Shown piece after piece: positions 61,032 through 64,000 of a stretch of DNA of 64,000 bases. The DNA is from Felis catus. Taxonomy: Eukaryota. Position 1 is the first letter of the stretch. The number at the start of each line of letters is the position of its first letter. The stretch is taken from assembly GCF_018350175.1 (NCBI RefSeq), contig NC_058368.1, positions 193,938,001 to 194,002,000 on the forward strand, in the 5' to 3' direction. The notes beneath the pieces were generated by a model. The model searched no databases, was not told the DNA's origin, and worked only from the letters and a program-made list of their open reading frames with translations. Made by a program: the position numbers and the translations under genes.

Positions 61032-63319
61032 AACTAGGCCATCCTGGAATTGATGCAAATATTAGATATTTCAGAAAACACCTAGCTACACATGGTATGA
61101 GTGGCTTGCTTAAAAATATCCAGAGTCTGGAGATGGTTCTCCATAATGAAATAGAAGTACTCCTAAATAAGGGTGGGGCTGAATTTTAGCCCTAGGGCTG
61201 CCACTTGCTAATTGTGACCAAGGATAATGAATCATTTAAGCTCTCTCCTAGGTTTCCTTTTCCTGGACTCGGAGACTAGCAAGGAACTTTTCAAGGAATG
61301 ATCATGATATGAGATATTTAAACTCTAGTTAAGGGGTAAACAAGCAGAGAAATTTGGTGAGAGCCAATGGGTAATGCATGATCACTGACATAGGAATCAG
61401 AACTACTAAAGACTTTACTTACCGCTGATGTGTACAAGATAAAATTGATGTGTCTGTTTCTCAGAGGAAGAGGCTGTCTCTGTTGAAAGCACAAATCATG
61501 AGAAATGCTCTTCAGCAAGCAAGGGAGCTAGAGAAAACAAGATTACAAATTGGCCCCGGAACTAAGATATTTTTTGTAGGTTCAATGGAAAGTGCAATAA
61601 GCAAAACTCTTGTAATCATAGCACTCATTTATTTGAAAAGGGCCTTGGCAATTACCAAAGTAGTCCTTCCTGCATCAGGAAGAAACTGTTCACTGGCTGT
61701 CACTTTAGTGACTTTCTGGCAACTGTCCCGTCAACCCATCCGTCACCAAGATCATGTTTTCTATATTTGACTGCTCTCTGCTTTGTGAATAATATGTGGC
61801 TGAAACTAGTCCAAATGAGAAAAGCAGACAAACTGCCCAATTTGTATATTGATCAATCAACAAAAATATGTTGAGCATTAAAGTAGGTTCTCTGGGGAAC
61901 AGAGTTATTGGGGAAAGGGCTTACTGAGTGTCAGAATACATGCATATGATAATTCATGGTTGCCAAATGAAAGATACGAATGCTAGTTTCTAGCCAAGTT
62001 TAGGGGAGAAAGAGTTGGCTTTTGCAGGTGGGTGGGAAAATTTAGAGGACAACATGGAAATCATTGTCTTTAAGATAGGAAGGAAGTTTATGTGGTATGG
62101 ATAAGAGAAAAGCATGTTAAAAATACCTAGAGAACAGACCAGTGGATAAAGGAGCAAAATGGAAAATAATTCTGGGAAAGTAGGTTATGTTGGAAAGGGC
62201 CCCAAGTTACACCATGAAAGACTTGTATATTTTGGCCCTGCAGTAACAAAGTATAAATGAGTGAAGTAAACCGAGAAGGAGGAAGAGAGAAAGGGATGAA
62301 GAGAAAGTGAGCAAGAAGCAGGTCATCAAGGACACTGCTCCTACTGATAATGGGCAGGTGGAATCCAGTTCTAGACTATTTTGTGCTCCATGGATGTAGG
62401 CTCAGTGTTGCCTATCATGTAATCATTCAGGAACAGAATATCTGTGGCTTTAAGTGAAATATTCTGTATTTCAAGGGTGGCCAACGAATCATTTCTTAAC
62501 CACTATAATGAAACAAAACAACAACAAGGATAAAACCCCAAACATTTAAACGTATAACTTGCTGGCAGCATGTCTGTAGCTTCCAGGCTACCCAAAAAGC
62601 CTGGGGAGCATTTGACAGTTTGGGGTCTGGGAAGGACAGCACCTAGAAGGAACTGATTGAGAGAGATTCAAGACCTGGTGTGAGACTATCAAGGTAGTCC
62701 ATGTGGGAGCAGATCATATGAAGTGAGGAGGAAGAAAAAAGGTGGGGGGTAGATGGGGCACAGTGCATGCTACAGAGGCAAGTATGGTAAGATTGGATCC
62801 TTCTCAGAGAGCCAAGAAATATCCCGTGTTGTTTTCCCCCATTGAAAGGACTTGCCAATGTTTTGTGCTATGTGTGACACATTCTCAGTTGACCTTTCTT
62901 TGAGCTGCTTTTATGTTTTAATTGCTCTGCTATTATTTTATTTCCCAGTTCACTCCTTTAATTCTTCCCTCAGGTAAACTTGAGGGCATGGTCAGGTGAA
63001 GATTGTAATCTTTAAACTTGTCAAAGAGGAACTCATTTTACAGCCCATTTTTGATGTGGCTTTTGCCCCCTACATTTCAAGTTAAGGAAGATCAAGGGCT
63101 TGCAGCTAAATCACTTTAGAGATAAATGAGTTATAGAAAAATGTACTTTGGATGAAGAAGAATATTCTCCTTATATTCTCTTCCTATGTCATTGCTCTTC
63201 TCTTTGAAGAAGATTTTCCTAACCACCACAGCCTGTAATAATCCTTTTTTACACTATTTTTTTTTTCCTTTTTGTTGCTCTGGAAGTTTCCAAGGTATAG
63301 TTTTCTTTCAAAATACAGA

Positions 63320-63960
63320 GATTTGTTTGTTCTGATTAAAAGAATGTATGCTCATTAAAATAATGTTATTTCAAAAAAAGTACAGAGCAGAATTTAAGTA
63401 TCCTTACTTGTCATGTGTATGTTTTAAATTGATGTCTTGTATATATTGTTCCAAAACAGGAATTTTCTTATTTAATAAACATATGCACACATGTATAATA
63501 TTTATTGATAAATATAATATATATATTTGCATAAATATAAAATTACATTGGCATTTTTAACAGATGCATAATATTCTATTCAGTTTATCTGTGCATATCT
63601 ATGATATGCTTACTTTATTGCCATCTTCATAGCTATATGTTGTTCCCAAATTTTCAGTAGTCTGATTGAAGCAGGCATCTTTTATGTTCACTCTTATTTC
63701 CGTTTCCAGTAATTTCCTCAATATATGGGATTAAAATGGTTGTGTTGAAAGATATAACTTTTAAGGGTATTTGACAACATTTCCTCATAAATAGTCACTT
63801 TTACCTCTAGTAGCACATGGGAGTGTAGGTTCCTTTCCCGTTCCCTCCAACTATGAGTATTAGCAATGGTGACAGTGTTTAAACTTCTGAGAGATAGACA
63901 AATTTCTATAAAACATTAAATTGTTGTATCTCATTTTGGGATTACACAGTGACATAAAAA
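63320..63960 (-). mobile_element. Old L1ME/MC-like 3' fragment
   Basis: AT-rich antisense L1 3' motifs such as 'gcataatattctatt', 'tgttgttcccaaattttc', 'aattgttgtatctcatttt'. Confidence 0.55.
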
Positions 63961-64000
63961 TCTTTGACAAAATTTGTACTACCCTATTAGATTCTATATA

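Noticed and set aside
61450..61770. 106-aa plus-strand ORF in unique sequence
   Set aside because: Non-ATG start, no recognisable homology, length within chance range

Overview
Carnivore (almost certainly cat-family, from SINEC_Fc-type CAN-SINEs and an L1_Fc-type 3' UTR) non-coding genomic DNA. It is AT-rich and CpG-depleted, and is either intergenic or part of a very long intron. I can recognise no protein-coding gene. The short ORFs in the track are chance ORFs or come from repeats (SINEs, decayed L1 ORF1/ORF2, microsatellites). The window is mostly transposable elements: about 20 CAN-SINEs, most with readable target-site duplications (TSDs); many MIR and L2 relics; MaLR/ERVL-type LTRs; MER5/MER58 DNA transposons; and a ~17.7 kb nested cluster at 34.5-52.4 kb. 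In that cluster a MIR is split by an old antisense L1M. The L1M holds a near-full-length sense carnivore L1 (itself carrying a younger L1 and SINEs), a 5'-inverted L1, an MLT1 LTR and a SINE split by a tail-less L1 fragment. The most interesting signals are mechanistic scars (SINE-associated deletion, non-classical L1 insertion, templated 86-bp duplication, double-tailed SINE) and a few splice-signal candidates (a 40-nt exon, an AG|GTAAGT recursive-splice/micro-exon site, a minus-strand 105-nt exon). I found no convincing evidence of a new biological system. Repeat family names come from recalled consensus similarity and were not checked by a search. Boundaries of old repeats are approximate.
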